From Bacteroidales bacterium (GTDB lineage Bacteria; Bacteroidota; Bacteroidia; Bacteroidales; PUMT01), in the NCBI GenBank assembly GCA_007123885.1, contig SLGC01000207.1:1852-65851 (forward strand): 64,000 nt of DNA, given 5' to 3'. Positions 49,201 to 60,316 of the stretch are shown here, one piece after another; position 1 is the stretch's first letter, and each line of letters begins with the position of its first letter. The translations under genes were made by a program, and so were the position numbers. The notes below the pieces were generated by a model. That model did no database searches. It saw nothing but the letters and a program-made list of their open reading frames with translations, and was not told where the DNA came from.

Positions 49201-49310
49201 ATGGTGTTATATCCGAGGCGAGAAAACGTCTTCAGGCTATCCACGCAAGGGAAGAGACAAACCCGGAAAGTGAGGATGATGTATTGGAAATCAGGTTAAG
49301 AAATCAATAA
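46230..49310 (+). CDS. Large tetratricopeptide-repeat protein with signal peptide
   Basis: 1026 aa. The signal peptide ends in PASAQ. Many TPR-like A/Y/F-periodic helices run throughout the protein. Confidence 0.85.
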   Translation: MIRIAGYHLLSVLLLLICLQPASAQKSLFYDDDDSSYRLAIELFEKEKYGAAQQHFQRAIRDFGESNTLLRINAEYYSALCAIKLFNDDAEYLMTRFVGDHPESIHRNDAHFHLGQLFYRKRNYRKSTDWLEAVNHEHLKNEIRDEYFFMLGYSYFMRNEYDRASRAFFVIKDGQSHYAAPATYYYSHIAYTENNLATALRGFVSLRDDESFSGLVPYYIIQIYYLQRRYDDVIANGPGLLEIAVSRRVPEISRLIGESHYRRRQYREAIPYLEKYIDNTAGISREERYQLGYCYYHTGRYEEAIAMLERVGGRDDMLSQNSNYHLADCYIKTGDKQKARMAFSAASRMDFDKTIQEDALFNYSLLTFEIAYSPFNEAINGFNNFIELFPDSRRIDEAYNYLVMAYMNTRNYREALASIDRISVKTSEIRRAHQRVAYFRALELYSNLRFEDAIRTFDISLENAQFNPVIAAQSHYWKGEAHFRLSRFDEAIRSYNRFILSPGAFQLEEYNIAHYNMGYAYYRSRDFANAISWFRRYANQTRNARTRMVADALNRIGDSYFIMSQYQNSVEFYDRSINNGASNRDYALFQKAIAMGLMNNVNGKISVLEQLLADHPASTHRLEALFELGNAHMANRAPNRAVTYYTMVTEEYSGSSYVSPALLQLGLIEYNRNRNNEAITYYKRVAENYPGTPEARSALAGLRNIYLDMNQVDQYVQYTRGLGDFASVTISEQDSLTYMAAENSYMAGNCRQAVEGFARYIDQFRNGSFILNAHFYKAECHQRLGEFDKALESYRFVTGMFRNSFTEQALVSKAAINFQEGNFKDALSNYKELENVAETGNNLLSARIGIMRSSNILGNHEGTIDAASKVLTTDNLPAEINREAHFNLAKAYKVTDQLDKAMNEFRIVAREVTSEEGAESKYRIAEIYFLQGKAERSEEEVYELVSMNTPHQYWMARSFILLADIYVQLGDDFQARHTLQSILDNYDIADDGVISEARKRLQAIHAREETNPESEDDVLEIRLRNQ

Positions 49311-49338
49311 AACAGGCATAATCAATAAAGAGATAAAA

Positions 49339-51021
49339 ATGAACCAGTTTGATAATATACCAGTAAGAATTCTGCTGCCAGTTCTCTCAGGAGTATTGTT
49401 ATTGTTATTCTCACCGGGACTGAGTGCCCAGCAGGAAGATATTGATAAGGAAGTTGTCGTGGTACGGGCCTTCGAGCCTTCCGTTGCCGATGCTGCCAAA
49501 ATCAACCTGCTGCCATCATTGACCGATACAATAAGTGTTACACCGGTATTCAGCTATTCCATATTGCCGATCCCCGTGGCCTCTGATTTCGAAGTTGAGA
49601 CCATCACACCTGCCCGCATGAGTGCAGAGGCCGTCTCCAGGCTATACGGAAGTCATATAAAACTTGGCATTGGAAGCTATATGACCCCGTTCGCCGAGTT
49701 GAGCATCAATAATCTCCGCCACAACAAATTTTCCGGCGGAATGTACCTGAAGCACCATTCTTCGCAGGGCAGGCTGCAACTTGATAATAATGAAAAGGCA
49801 TTTTCTCAGTTTGGTGATAATGAAATGCTTTTCTATGGTAAAAGAATGGGGCGCAGGAATGTTTTATCAGCACAGGCTGGACTCCAATCCAATAACTTCC
49901 ATTTTTACGGATATGATATTACCCTTGATACAATTCCTGAAAAAGATGATATAAGGCAGAGGTTTATTACCGGTAATGCCGGTTTGAGCCTGAACTCCTC
50001 CCACCCCGATTCAAGTCACCTGAACTATGATCTTTCACTTGATTACAATTATTTCCAGGACAGGCTTGATGTGGCCGAACACGGTTTGAATTTCCGGGCG
50101 GGATTCAATAAGTTTTTAAGGAGCCAGATCCTAGGCCTCGACCTGGGAGTTGATTATTTTGATAATACCCTGGATCCTGACCATTCCAACATGATACTTG
50201 CTCTTAGTCCCTGGTTCAATAAAGCTGATGATGAATGGGAAATTTTTGCAGGATTTCATGGTTTCTACGACCAGTCCGGTGACGGAGGCAAATTATATTT
50301 TTATCCGAAAGCAAGCCTGCAATTCAGCATAATTCGCAATTATGTCATACCTTATATAGGTCTGGACGGCGGATTGCAGGTAAATAACCAGAAAAAGGTT
50401 GCTTTTGAAAACAGGTTCATCCTTCCGGGTCTCACGGTCAGAAATACCGACCGTTCAATGGATCTGTACGGCGGTGTAAAGGGTAATTTCACACGCAACA
50501 TACCTTTCAATTTCCGTATGTCCTATGGTGTATACAATGATATGTACTTTTTTGTAAATGACAGTACAGGACTGATAGGTAATCAGTTTGATGTGGTATA
50601 TGATGATATCGAGTTGCTTCATTTTACAGCAGAAGTTGGTGCAAATATTTCAGACCGTTTCAGCCTGATGGCAAGGGCAAATTTATATGACTATGGAATG
50701 AAAACTCAGGAGCACCCATGGCATAAACCTACAGTCGACCTGAACTTTTCGGCCAGATATAATATTGGAAATAAAATATTGCTTAATGCCGATGTTTTCT
50801 ATATAGGTCAACGATTTGCCAGGGCACATGGTGTAGAAAATGATGAAGCGGTTGAGTTGCCCGGGATCACCGATATCAATCTTGGACTGGAATACAGGTA
50901 CAACAGGCTGCTTTCCGGATTTTTACGCCTGAACAACCTTACCGGTAACAGATACTACAGATGGAACAATTATCCTGTTCAGGGTTTTACACTGATGGCC
51001 GGATTTACTTACTCTTTGTAG
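49339..51021 (+). CDS. Putative outer-membrane beta-barrel protein
   Basis: 560 aa with a signal peptide (LLLLFSPGLSAQQ). Amphipathic strands alternate throughout, and the C-terminus is aromatic-rich (GFTLMAGFTYSL). It starts 28 nt after the TPR gene. Confidence 0.6.
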   Translation: MNQFDNIPVRILLPVLSGVLLLLFSPGLSAQQEDIDKEVVVVRAFEPSVADAAKINLLPSLTDTISVTPVFSYSILPIPVASDFEVETITPARMSAEAVSRLYGSHIKLGIGSYMTPFAELSINNLRHNKFSGGMYLKHHSSQGRLQLDNNEKAFSQFGDNEMLFYGKRMGRRNVLSAQAGLQSNNFHFYGYDITLDTIPEKDDIRQRFITGNAGLSLNSSHPDSSHLNYDLSLDYNYFQDRLDVAEHGLNFRAGFNKFLRSQILGLDLGVDYFDNTLDPDHSNMILALSPWFNKADDEWEIFAGFHGFYDQSGDGGKLYFYPKASLQFSIIRNYVIPYIGLDGGLQVNNQKKVAFENRFILPGLTVRNTDRSMDLYGGVKGNFTRNIPFNFRMSYGVYNDMYFFVNDSTGLIGNQFDVVYDDIELLHFTAEVGANISDRFSLMARANLYDYGMKTQEHPWHKPTVDLNFSARYNIGNKILLNADVFYIGQRFARAHGVENDEAVELPGITDINLGLEYRYNRLLSGFLRLNNLTGNRYYRWNNYPVQGFTLMAGFTYSL

Positions 51022-51204
51022 AAGGTTGACAATTTCTGCCTGTTTGTTAATTGTTGAAAAATAGGGTTTTTCACTGTATGAGATATTCAGCCTGCTTATC
51101 GTATTTTTCTTATATTTGTTAAATTTTAAAAAGATGCAAATGTTTTTACAGTAATTTATATTACTGTCAAGCCGGTAAGCAGTCAGGCAACGTAAATCAG
51201 TTAG

Positions 51205-53244
<2,040 letters not shown>

Positions 53245-53275
53245 TCATCATGATTTTTCTCTTTAATTTTAAAGT

Positions 53276-53305
53276 GAAAAATCCCGGCTGCTGACCGGGA
53301 TTTTT
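53276..53305 (+). terminator. Rho-independent terminator after gyrB
   Basis: Stem aaaaatcccgg/ccgggattttt with a 7-nt loop. The T-run forms part of the stem tail. Confidence 0.7.
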
Positions 53306-53423
53306 CTTGGTGGTGCGCCGTGCATGTGCATGGCAGATAACCAGGTGGCGAAAGTCCACTAATTGGGTTGTGTTATATTGAGGACTCTTTGAGGTTTTGT
53401 TTTAATATATGTATTTTTGAAAG

Positions 53424-54944
53424 ATGTTAAGATTCAGCGTTTTTTTAGTCGCTATATCCTTTATTTTATCCGGCAGCATACCGGCAGGCAATCCTTTAAA
53501 TGCCATTGAATTCACTGGCACTGATAAAGTTTTGCCCTGCACGGACAGTTCTCTCAAATCCCTCAATGAAGTCCCCTCTCTTTGCAGTGATGATGAGATC
53601 TCACCCTATTCTGCCCGGCTTTTAAGTCATTATATAACATATGCCTCTGTAACCGGAAATGAAAATCAGGCAGGGATCTTCATTTCAAATGTGGCCAGAC
53701 AAAAAGGGTTCCATGTTGAGATACTGACAGATCAGCCGGGAAGCTTTAATTTTACTGCCTCGCTCTATCCGCTTGATAAGAAAAAGCCGAATGTTATATT
53801 TTTGAATCATATTGATGTTGTCCCGGCTTCCAGTGAACCGGGAATTGAATATACCTATCCTCCTTTTTCAGGAACAATTGCAGAGGGGAAGATCTGGGGA
53901 AGGGGCGCAATTGACAACAAGGGCATGGCAGTTATGCAACTGCTGGGACTTGAATATTTTCTTGATGTGGCTGCTGAAATTGATCTTCCATTCAATGTTA
54001 CCATGCTCTCCGTATCGGGCGAGGAAACGGGGGGATATACCGGAGCAAAAATCATGGTTGATGAATTTCTCGATTATCTTAACCCGGTTGCGGTTTATGG
54101 GGAAGGGGGCTCGGGGATTCCCGGAATAATCAGAAGAGAACCTGATAGAAAGCTTTTCGGTATTTCAACCACCTTTAAAAGAAGTCTCTGGCTCGAGCTG
54201 ACGCTTAAAAACAACACCTCCGGACATGGGGCCGTACCTCCTCCCGACTATGTCGTAAAAGAAAAAGTCCAGGCCCTTAGCCGGCTGCTTAATGAGACAA
54301 GAAGGATTTCATTTTGTGCCACAAGCAGGAACATGTTCAGGGAACTTGGAAAGATAGAGGGTGGTGCAAGGGGAATGGCTCTCAGGAATCTCAGGCTTTT
54401 CAGGCCTTTTGTTATCCGTTCCATCAAGCAGGAGAATATAGTAAAATCCCTGCTTACCAACACGATAACGATAACATCAATCAACAGTCCCATGGCTGCT
54501 GCAAACCAGATACCGCAGGAAATTGTTTCCGTGCTGGATTGCCGGCTGCTACCTGAAACAACCACGGAAGATTTCTTAGAACATATTCATGATATCCTTG
54601 CCAATGATCTGATAAGCATCAGGGTTATACACGAAAAAAACATAATACCACCGACAGTGATCGATGCCTGGTACTATTACATGAGGGAAGCTCTTCAAAT
54701 GGTTTATCCCGGTGCCGGTGTTATTCCCATTATTGCACCTGCATCAAATGACAATAACTATTTCAGGGAACATGGAATTCCCACTTACGGAATTATGCCG
54801 GTTTTTATTCCTGTTCATCTTCTCGAGACGATACATAATGTTGACGAGAGAATACCGGTAGAAGCACTTGAACAAGGAAAAGCGGTTTACAGGGAACTGA
54901 TCCGTATTATTATTGAATCCAAAATTGATCAGTCCGCAATTTAA
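53424..54944 (+). CDS. Secreted M20-family metallohydrolase (ArgE/DapE/ACY1/CPG2/YscS family)
   Basis: 506 aa with a signal peptide and the metal-ligand motifs LNHIDVVPA, GRGAIDNKG and SGEETGG. Confidence 0.85.
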   Translation: MLRFSVFLVAISFILSGSIPAGNPLNAIEFTGTDKVLPCTDSSLKSLNEVPSLCSDDEISPYSARLLSHYITYASVTGNENQAGIFISNVARQKGFHVEILTDQPGSFNFTASLYPLDKKKPNVIFLNHIDVVPASSEPGIEYTYPPFSGTIAEGKIWGRGAIDNKGMAVMQLLGLEYFLDVAAEIDLPFNVTMLSVSGEETGGYTGAKIMVDEFLDYLNPVAVYGEGGSGIPGIIRREPDRKLFGISTTFKRSLWLELTLKNNTSGHGAVPPPDYVVKEKVQALSRLLNETRRISFCATSRNMFRELGKIEGGARGMALRNLRLFRPFVIRSIKQENIVKSLLTNTITITSINSPMAAANQIPQEIVSVLDCRLLPETTTEDFLEHIHDILANDLISIRVIHEKNIIPPTVIDAWYYYMREALQMVYPGAGVIPIIAPASNDNNYFREHGIPTYGIMPVFIPVHLLETIHNVDERIPVEALEQGKAVYRELIRIIIESKIDQSAI

Positions 54945-54961
54945 TTCTTAAATCAAGTATT

Positions 54962-56467
54962 ATGGGGGTGACAGGTTTTTTGTCAGGAATTGCTGCCCGT
55001 GCATACGCACCACGTATTGCTCAGTGGGACAAGAATTCCCTTGAACTGCAAGATAAAGAATTCAGGAAGCTTTTAAAAAAAGGAATGGATACCGCCTTTG
55101 GCAGGGATCATTCCTTCAGCAAAATATCATCTTACGAGGATTTTAAGAAAAATGTACCGGTAAGGGATTATGAAGCCCTGAGGGATTATATCGGACGCGT
55201 AAGGCTCGGGGACAGGGATATTCTCTGGCCTGGGCGGCCACTATATTTTGCCGTAACCTCGGGAACAACCTCAGGGGGGAAATTCATCCCCATTACCAGG
55301 GACTCGATGCCAAATCATATCAATTCGACCAGGCTTGCCCTGCTGAATTATGTCAATAAAACAGGTAATACAAGTTTTCTTGAAGGAAAATATTTATTCC
55401 TTTCCGGAAGTCCGGAACTTGGAAATGAAAACGGTATACCCTCCGGACGACTGTCAGGCATAGTAAATCATCATGTTCCCGCCTACCTGAAATGGAGGCA
55501 GCTGCCTTCCGGCAAAACAAACCGGATAGCTGACTGGGAAAAGAAGATAGATGCCATAATTGATGAAACAATCAACCAGGATATGAGCCTGATAAGCGGT
55601 ATCCCTCCATGGGTGAGGATGTATTTTGACCGGTTGCTCGAACGTTCCGGAAAATCCTGCATAGTTGAGCTTTTTCCGCGGTTTTCTCTTTTTATTCACG
55701 GGGGTGTTAATTTTCAGCCCTATGAACCAAAATTCAACAAACTGGTAGGAAGGGATATTGATAAACTGGAATTATTCCCTGCTTCAGAGGGTTTTATCGG
55801 TTTCCAGGACAGGTTCCCTGACGAAGGATTGCTGCTTATACCTGATTCAGGCATATTTTACGAATTTATACCAATGAAGGATTTTCTCGAAGGAAGCAGG
55901 GAGCGCGTTTCTCTTGCAGGAGTGGAGACGGGGGTAAACTATCTGATGATACTCAATACCAACGCTGGATTGTGGGGCTATAACATTGGCGATACCGTCA
56001 GGTTCATTTCGAAGGATCCATACCGGTTCAGTGTTACCGGCAGGGTAAACCATTTTATATCCGCCTTTGGCGAGCATGTTATAGCCGAGGAGGTTGAGAT
56101 GGCCTTAAGCGAAACCTGCAAAAAAACCGGTTCGCGGGTTGCCGAATTTACAATTGCCCCTCTGGTGGATAATCCTGACGGGAAATCATGCCATGAATGG
56201 TTCATTGAATTTACCGAACCTCCTGTCTCACTGGAAGATTTCAGGAGGGAGCTGGACAGGCAGCTATGTCTCAGGAATTCATATTACAATGATCTTATCA
56301 GTGGCAAGATCATCCAGCCTCTTATTATCAGGTATTTGCCGAAAGACAGTTTTTCGAAGTACATGAATTCAATAGGCAAACTTGGCGGTCAAAACAAGAT
56401 GCCTCATCTCAAAAATGACAGGGATATTGCAGAAGTGTTGATTACCGGGTATTTAAAGCCGGAATAA
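54962..56467 (+). CDS. GH3 family acyl-acid amido synthetase-like protein (GH3 auxin-responsive promoter family)
   Basis: 501 aa with an adenylation motif (TSGTTSGGKFIPIT), a FPASEGF motif and YNIGDTVRF. Confidence 0.85.
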   Translation: MGVTGFLSGIAARAYAPRIAQWDKNSLELQDKEFRKLLKKGMDTAFGRDHSFSKISSYEDFKKNVPVRDYEALRDYIGRVRLGDRDILWPGRPLYFAVTSGTTSGGKFIPITRDSMPNHINSTRLALLNYVNKTGNTSFLEGKYLFLSGSPELGNENGIPSGRLSGIVNHHVPAYLKWRQLPSGKTNRIADWEKKIDAIIDETINQDMSLISGIPPWVRMYFDRLLERSGKSCIVELFPRFSLFIHGGVNFQPYEPKFNKLVGRDIDKLELFPASEGFIGFQDRFPDEGLLLIPDSGIFYEFIPMKDFLEGSRERVSLAGVETGVNYLMILNTNAGLWGYNIGDTVRFISKDPYRFSVTGRVNHFISAFGEHVIAEEVEMALSETCKKTGSRVAEFTIAPLVDNPDGKSCHEWFIEFTEPPVSLEDFRRELDRQLCLRNSYYNDLISGKIIQPLIIRYLPKDSFSKYMNSIGKLGGQNKMPHLKNDRDIAEVLITGYLKPE

Positions 56468-56507
56468 TCATGCCTGAATAAAGTATCAGTCCGCCTGCAC
56501 ATCCGGT

Positions 56508-57620
56508 TTAACGAATTTTTTTCAACACCCACAACTCTATTTTTTCCTGGGCCCTGATCATGTTTATCCAGTTTTTGGACCGGCCTGCCCTCTCCGTTAC
56601 ATTACGGTTGATCCTTTCCTTAATCCTGAAGTCCCCGCGAACTGCACATTCATCCTCAATTGGATGAGTTTTGCTTATTCCTGCTTCAAGGGCGAAGGTT
56701 GAAAAAATTATTACCAGCACCGAACCCGGAATTAATATTCTTCCAGCTTCATCAAAGAAGTTTTTGAAAAAACCTTCTTTGTAATAAATACCCCTGTCTG
56801 TAATGCCTGCCCACATGCCGGGAATCCAGGGAGGATTGAAAACAGCCAGCTGGCGCACTTCCTTTAATGACCCGAAAAAAGAGGAATGTTCGATAGTGAT
56901 ACGGGCACCGGGATCGAACCTTTTACCTTCAAGCAGCATGCTGTAAACCGCATTCGGATTTATATCGGTAGCATGAATTCTTCCTATGCCGTGCCTGGCC
57001 ATCATAAAACTAAGGATGCCGCAACCGGTCCCTATATCCACAGCGCTTTCAAAACGATTGTTTTCTCTGCCCAGCCACTGGTCGAACAGGATCAGATGCT
57101 CGTGTCGCGTAGGGAAATAGACTCCATAGAAGGGATGAAGTTTGTAAGGCAGTACCGGATATTGTATACCGTTCATGTACCACTGCCATGCGCCATTCAT
57201 TCCAAGGAGGTCAGGCAGGGTAATTAAGAAATGTGGAGTGTCAGGGTAAAATTCCATTAGCCATGGAATCGCGGGCGCTCTGTCAAGATCTATCCTGTGG
57301 TCCCTGACAGGTACCAGGATTTTTTTTGTCAGTCGCCCTGTCATCTCTTTGGCTATCCTGGAAGATAAGTAATCATGAACAGGATATTCTTTCAAAGTTC
57401 TTTTTTTGAGCCAGGAATAGAATGCCAGGGCTGTGGGATAGCTTCCGTGCACCACTATCTCCCGGTTTTCTATTTCTTTAAGGAATCTGCGATAATTCTT
57501 GCCTCCGGTAAATACCGGGAGGTCATCATTAAAATTGGATATTCCTGGCTTAATCAGGCTTGTTGCCGGAATTTCTCCTGTTTGTCCTGATGCTTCTATG
57601 TAATTAGATGAATTTTTCAT
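56508..57620 (-). CDS. Class I SAM-dependent methyltransferase (NPPW-type, N-terminal domain of unknown function)
   Basis: 370 aa with motif I VDIGTGCGILS and motif IV FNPPWIPG. Confidence 0.75.
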   Translation of the reverse strand: MKNSSNYIEASGQTGEIPATSLIKPGISNFNDDLPVFTGGKNYRRFLKEIENREIVVHGSYPTALAFYSWLKKRTLKEYPVHDYLSSRIAKEMTGRLTKKILVPVRDHRIDLDRAPAIPWLMEFYPDTPHFLITLPDLLGMNGAWQWYMNGIQYPVLPYKLHPFYGVYFPTRHEHLILFDQWLGRENNRFESAVDIGTGCGILSFMMARHGIGRIHATDINPNAVYSMLLEGKRFDPGARITIEHSSFFGSLKEVRQLAVFNPPWIPGMWAGITDRGIYYKEGFFKNFFDEAGRILIPGSVLVIIFSTFALEAGISKTHPIEDECAVRGDFRIKERINRNVTERAGRSKNWINMIRAQEKIELWVLKKIR

Positions 57621-57692
57621 GACAAGTCGAAGTTATCAGGATGGTTGTGCGAAGAGCGCACTGAATTATGACCGGCCCTTATCCTCCGGGGA

Positions 57693-58487
57693 TTATAACA
57701 GATCGTCTGTTTCCAGTGTGCCGCTGAATACCTTTTTTACCGGCCCGGTCAGCCAGACATTTGTAAAGGATGTTTCACCTGTTTTTGTAAAACTTACCTG
57801 AAGCGGACCTCCCGTTGTTTCTATTTTCAGGCTGTCCCGGCCATTTCCTGTTTGGATTGCGGTGCAAATTGCTGCTGCAACCGACCCTGTGCCGCAAGCA
57901 AGGGTCTCGGCCTCCACACCCCGTTCATAGGTCCTTATCAATATGGTGTTATCATCTGAAATTTCTACGAAATTGACATTTATTCCGGATTCCCGGTATC
58001 TTTCGCTGTACCTTATTTCTCTTCCCGCACCGGCAACATCTGTCTTATCAAGATTGTGCGTGAACAATACATAATGAGGCGATCCGGTATCCAGAACGTA
58101 TGCATCACCATCCCTCTCCACTCCTGTCACATCCTGCATTTTTATATGAACATACCCGTTATCAATAATGGCTTCATGAGGACCATCGATACCGGAAAAA
58201 CTGGCAGTATCGTCAATCAGCCCGATCTCCCTGGCAAAATGGACAATACAGCGGCCCCCATTACCGCACATACTGCCTTCCTTTCCATCAGAGTTGAAAT
58301 ATCGCATGTGGAAAGCAAATCCCTGCCTCTCTTCCAGCAACATAAGTCCGTCTGCACCCACACCATAATTCCTGTCACATAACCGTTTTACAAGCAGCTG
58401 GTTTGTAAAGGGAAATTTTCCTTTACGGTTATCAGCTACAACGAAATCATTGCCATTGCCGTGATATTTATAAAATGAGAAGCGCAT
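57693..58487 (-). CDS. dapF: Diaminopimelate epimerase
   Basis: 264 aa with GNGNDF at the N-terminus and two catalytic cysteine motifs (SMCGNGGRC, ACGTGS). Confidence 0.94.
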   Translation of the reverse strand: MRFSFYKYHGNGNDFVVADNRKGKFPFTNQLLVKRLCDRNYGVGADGLMLLEERQGFAFHMRYFNSDGKEGSMCGNGGRCIVHFAREIGLIDDTASFSGIDGPHEAIIDNGYVHIKMQDVTGVERDGDAYVLDTGSPHYVLFTHNLDKTDVAGAGREIRYSERYRESGINVNFVEISDDNTILIRTYERGVEAETLACGTGSVAAAICTAIQTGNGRDSLKIETTGGPLQVSFTKTGETSFTNVWLTGPVKKVFSGTLETDDLL

Positions 58488-58724
58488 GTGCTGTTTTTTA
58501 TGATTTTATACAGGTTTTTAAATATATTTAACCAGACGCAATGACATATTACTTGCATAAGGCATTATTTTTGTAAATAATGCAGTGCATTTATCCGATA
58601 AATACCATGCACCCGGCAAAAATAAGAAAACAATTGGAAACAGTTATTGTTAACAAAGTATAACACCCGGGCCTTTAAAATTTGGATAGTATTATAAGAC
58701 TGTAATATTTAAAAACAATTTATT

Positions 58725-60158
58725 ATGAGACTGAAAGATATACTTGTTTATTTTCTGGTAGCAATAGTTGCGGGGCTTGTCGCGGTTTACGCCTATTCAC
58801 GGATCGTCCCCCCTTCTGTTCATGAGATCACCCTCAGGGAAAACAGCCCCGCCTGGTTCACCAGTCTGCCGGATGATTTCGATGCCGACCAGTTCGATTT
58901 CACATATGCAGCCGAGAAGACAATTCACGGTGTGGTCCATGTTACCAGTATGCGCCAGCGTCAGCGCCAGATGGATATGTTCGAATGGTTCTTTGGCCCG
59001 AGAGGAGGGGAGCAAAGGGAACCGGAAGCCGTACCCGGGATAGGATCGGGAGTTATTGTTTCGGGCGACGGGTATATTGTGACCAACAATCATGTTATAG
59101 AGGATGCAGCCACTATTGAGGTGGCCCTTAATGACGGACGTACCTATGATGCCGAAGTTGTGGGAACCTATGCCGCTTCCGACCTTGCTCTTCTTAAGAT
59201 CAACGAGACGGGGCTTCGTTATATCGAGTTCGGAGATTCCGATGCCCTCAGGGTAGGACAATGGGTCCTTGCAGTGGGTAATCCCATGAACCTGGCATCA
59301 ACCGTTACCGCCGGTATTGTAAGTGCTAAAGGCCGGGGACTGGGTGTTCTTCCGCAGGAATTTGCAATCGAATCGTTTATACAGACAGATGCCGCGGTTA
59401 ACCGTGGTAACAGCGGAGGGGCTCTGGTGAACCTGAAAGGAGAACTGGTAGGCATACCCACCCTTATCCTTTCACCCACAGGAGCCCATGCCGGTAATGC
59501 CTTTGCAATTCCTTCCAGTATTGTAAGGAAGGTGGTTGAGGACCTTATTGAATTTGGCGAGGTGCAGCGTGCTGTTCTCGGCGTGCGGATTCAGGGAGTG
59601 ACATCGGAAATTGCACGTGAACAGGGACTGGACAGGATTGAAGGTGTATATGTGGCTGAAGCAATGGAGAAAGGCGCCGCCGAGGCTGCCGGTATCCGGG
59701 AAGGTGATGTAATTATTAGTGTGGATGGAGTGAAGGTTAACACAGCACCCGAATTGCAGGAGCAGATTGCAAGATACCGTCCCGGCGATCAGGTGAATGT
59801 CGTAGTTTTGAGAAACGGCCGTACACGCCAGATTACTGCCACTCTCAGGAATGTAGAGGGAAGAGAGGAACTGGTTAAGCCGCAGGAAGCTTTCCTCGGA
59901 GCAACTTTAAGGGAAGTTCCCGAAGATTTGAAGAAGGAGCTGAATATAGATCACGGAGTCCAGATAACAAATGTCGGGCCGGGCCCCTTCAGGTCGCAGA
60001 GGATCAGGGAGAATTTCATAATACTTTCGATAAATAACCAGCCAGTCAGTAAGCCGACCGATGTAAGGGATATTCTTGAAGGATATCAAGGGGGTGTCTA
60101 TATAGAAGGAATTTATCCTGATGGAACTGTAAGCTATTATGCATTCGGCATAAATTAA
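58725..60158 (+). CDS. htrA: Do/HtrA family serine endopeptidase with PDZ domains
   Basis: 477 aa with an N-terminal anchor, the catalytic triad contexts TNNHVI, DLALLKI and GNSGGALVN, and two PDZ-like regions. Confidence 0.92.
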   Translation: MRLKDILVYFLVAIVAGLVAVYAYSRIVPPSVHEITLRENSPAWFTSLPDDFDADQFDFTYAAEKTIHGVVHVTSMRQRQRQMDMFEWFFGPRGGEQREPEAVPGIGSGVIVSGDGYIVTNNHVIEDAATIEVALNDGRTYDAEVVGTYAASDLALLKINETGLRYIEFGDSDALRVGQWVLAVGNPMNLASTVTAGIVSAKGRGLGVLPQEFAIESFIQTDAAVNRGNSGGALVNLKGELVGIPTLILSPTGAHAGNAFAIPSSIVRKVVEDLIEFGEVQRAVLGVRIQGVTSEIAREQGLDRIEGVYVAEAMEKGAAEAAGIREGDVIISVDGVKVNTAPELQEQIARYRPGDQVNVVVLRNGRTRQITATLRNVEGREELVKPQEAFLGATLREVPEDLKKELNIDHGVQITNVGPGPFRSQRIRENFIILSINNQPVSKPTDVRDILEGYQGGVYIEGIYPDGTVSYYAFGIN

Positions 60159-60178
60159 TCATTATTACATACTCCTGT

Positions 60179-60210
60179 ATCCCCCGGAAAGTGCCGGGGG
60201 ATTTTTTTTT
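60179..60210 (+). terminator. Rho-independent terminator after htrA
   Basis: Perfect stem atcccccgg/ccgggggat with loop aaagtg, followed by a T9 run. Confidence 0.8.
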
Positions 60211-60316
60211 GCAGTTACAGATGCAAATCAATACATTTGCGTTTGCTGTCGCCCATCATTGGCAGGCAGTATCATTTATCAGAACCAAACTTTGGTCAAC
60301 CCGAAACCTGAACTAA

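Noticed and set aside
53350-53357. gaaagtcc string after gyrB, reminiscent of the RNase P RNA P4 consensus.
   Set aside because: The intergenic space is only about 180 nt, far too short for RNase P RNA, and the flanking GGAAAGUCCGG context and other conserved regions are absent.
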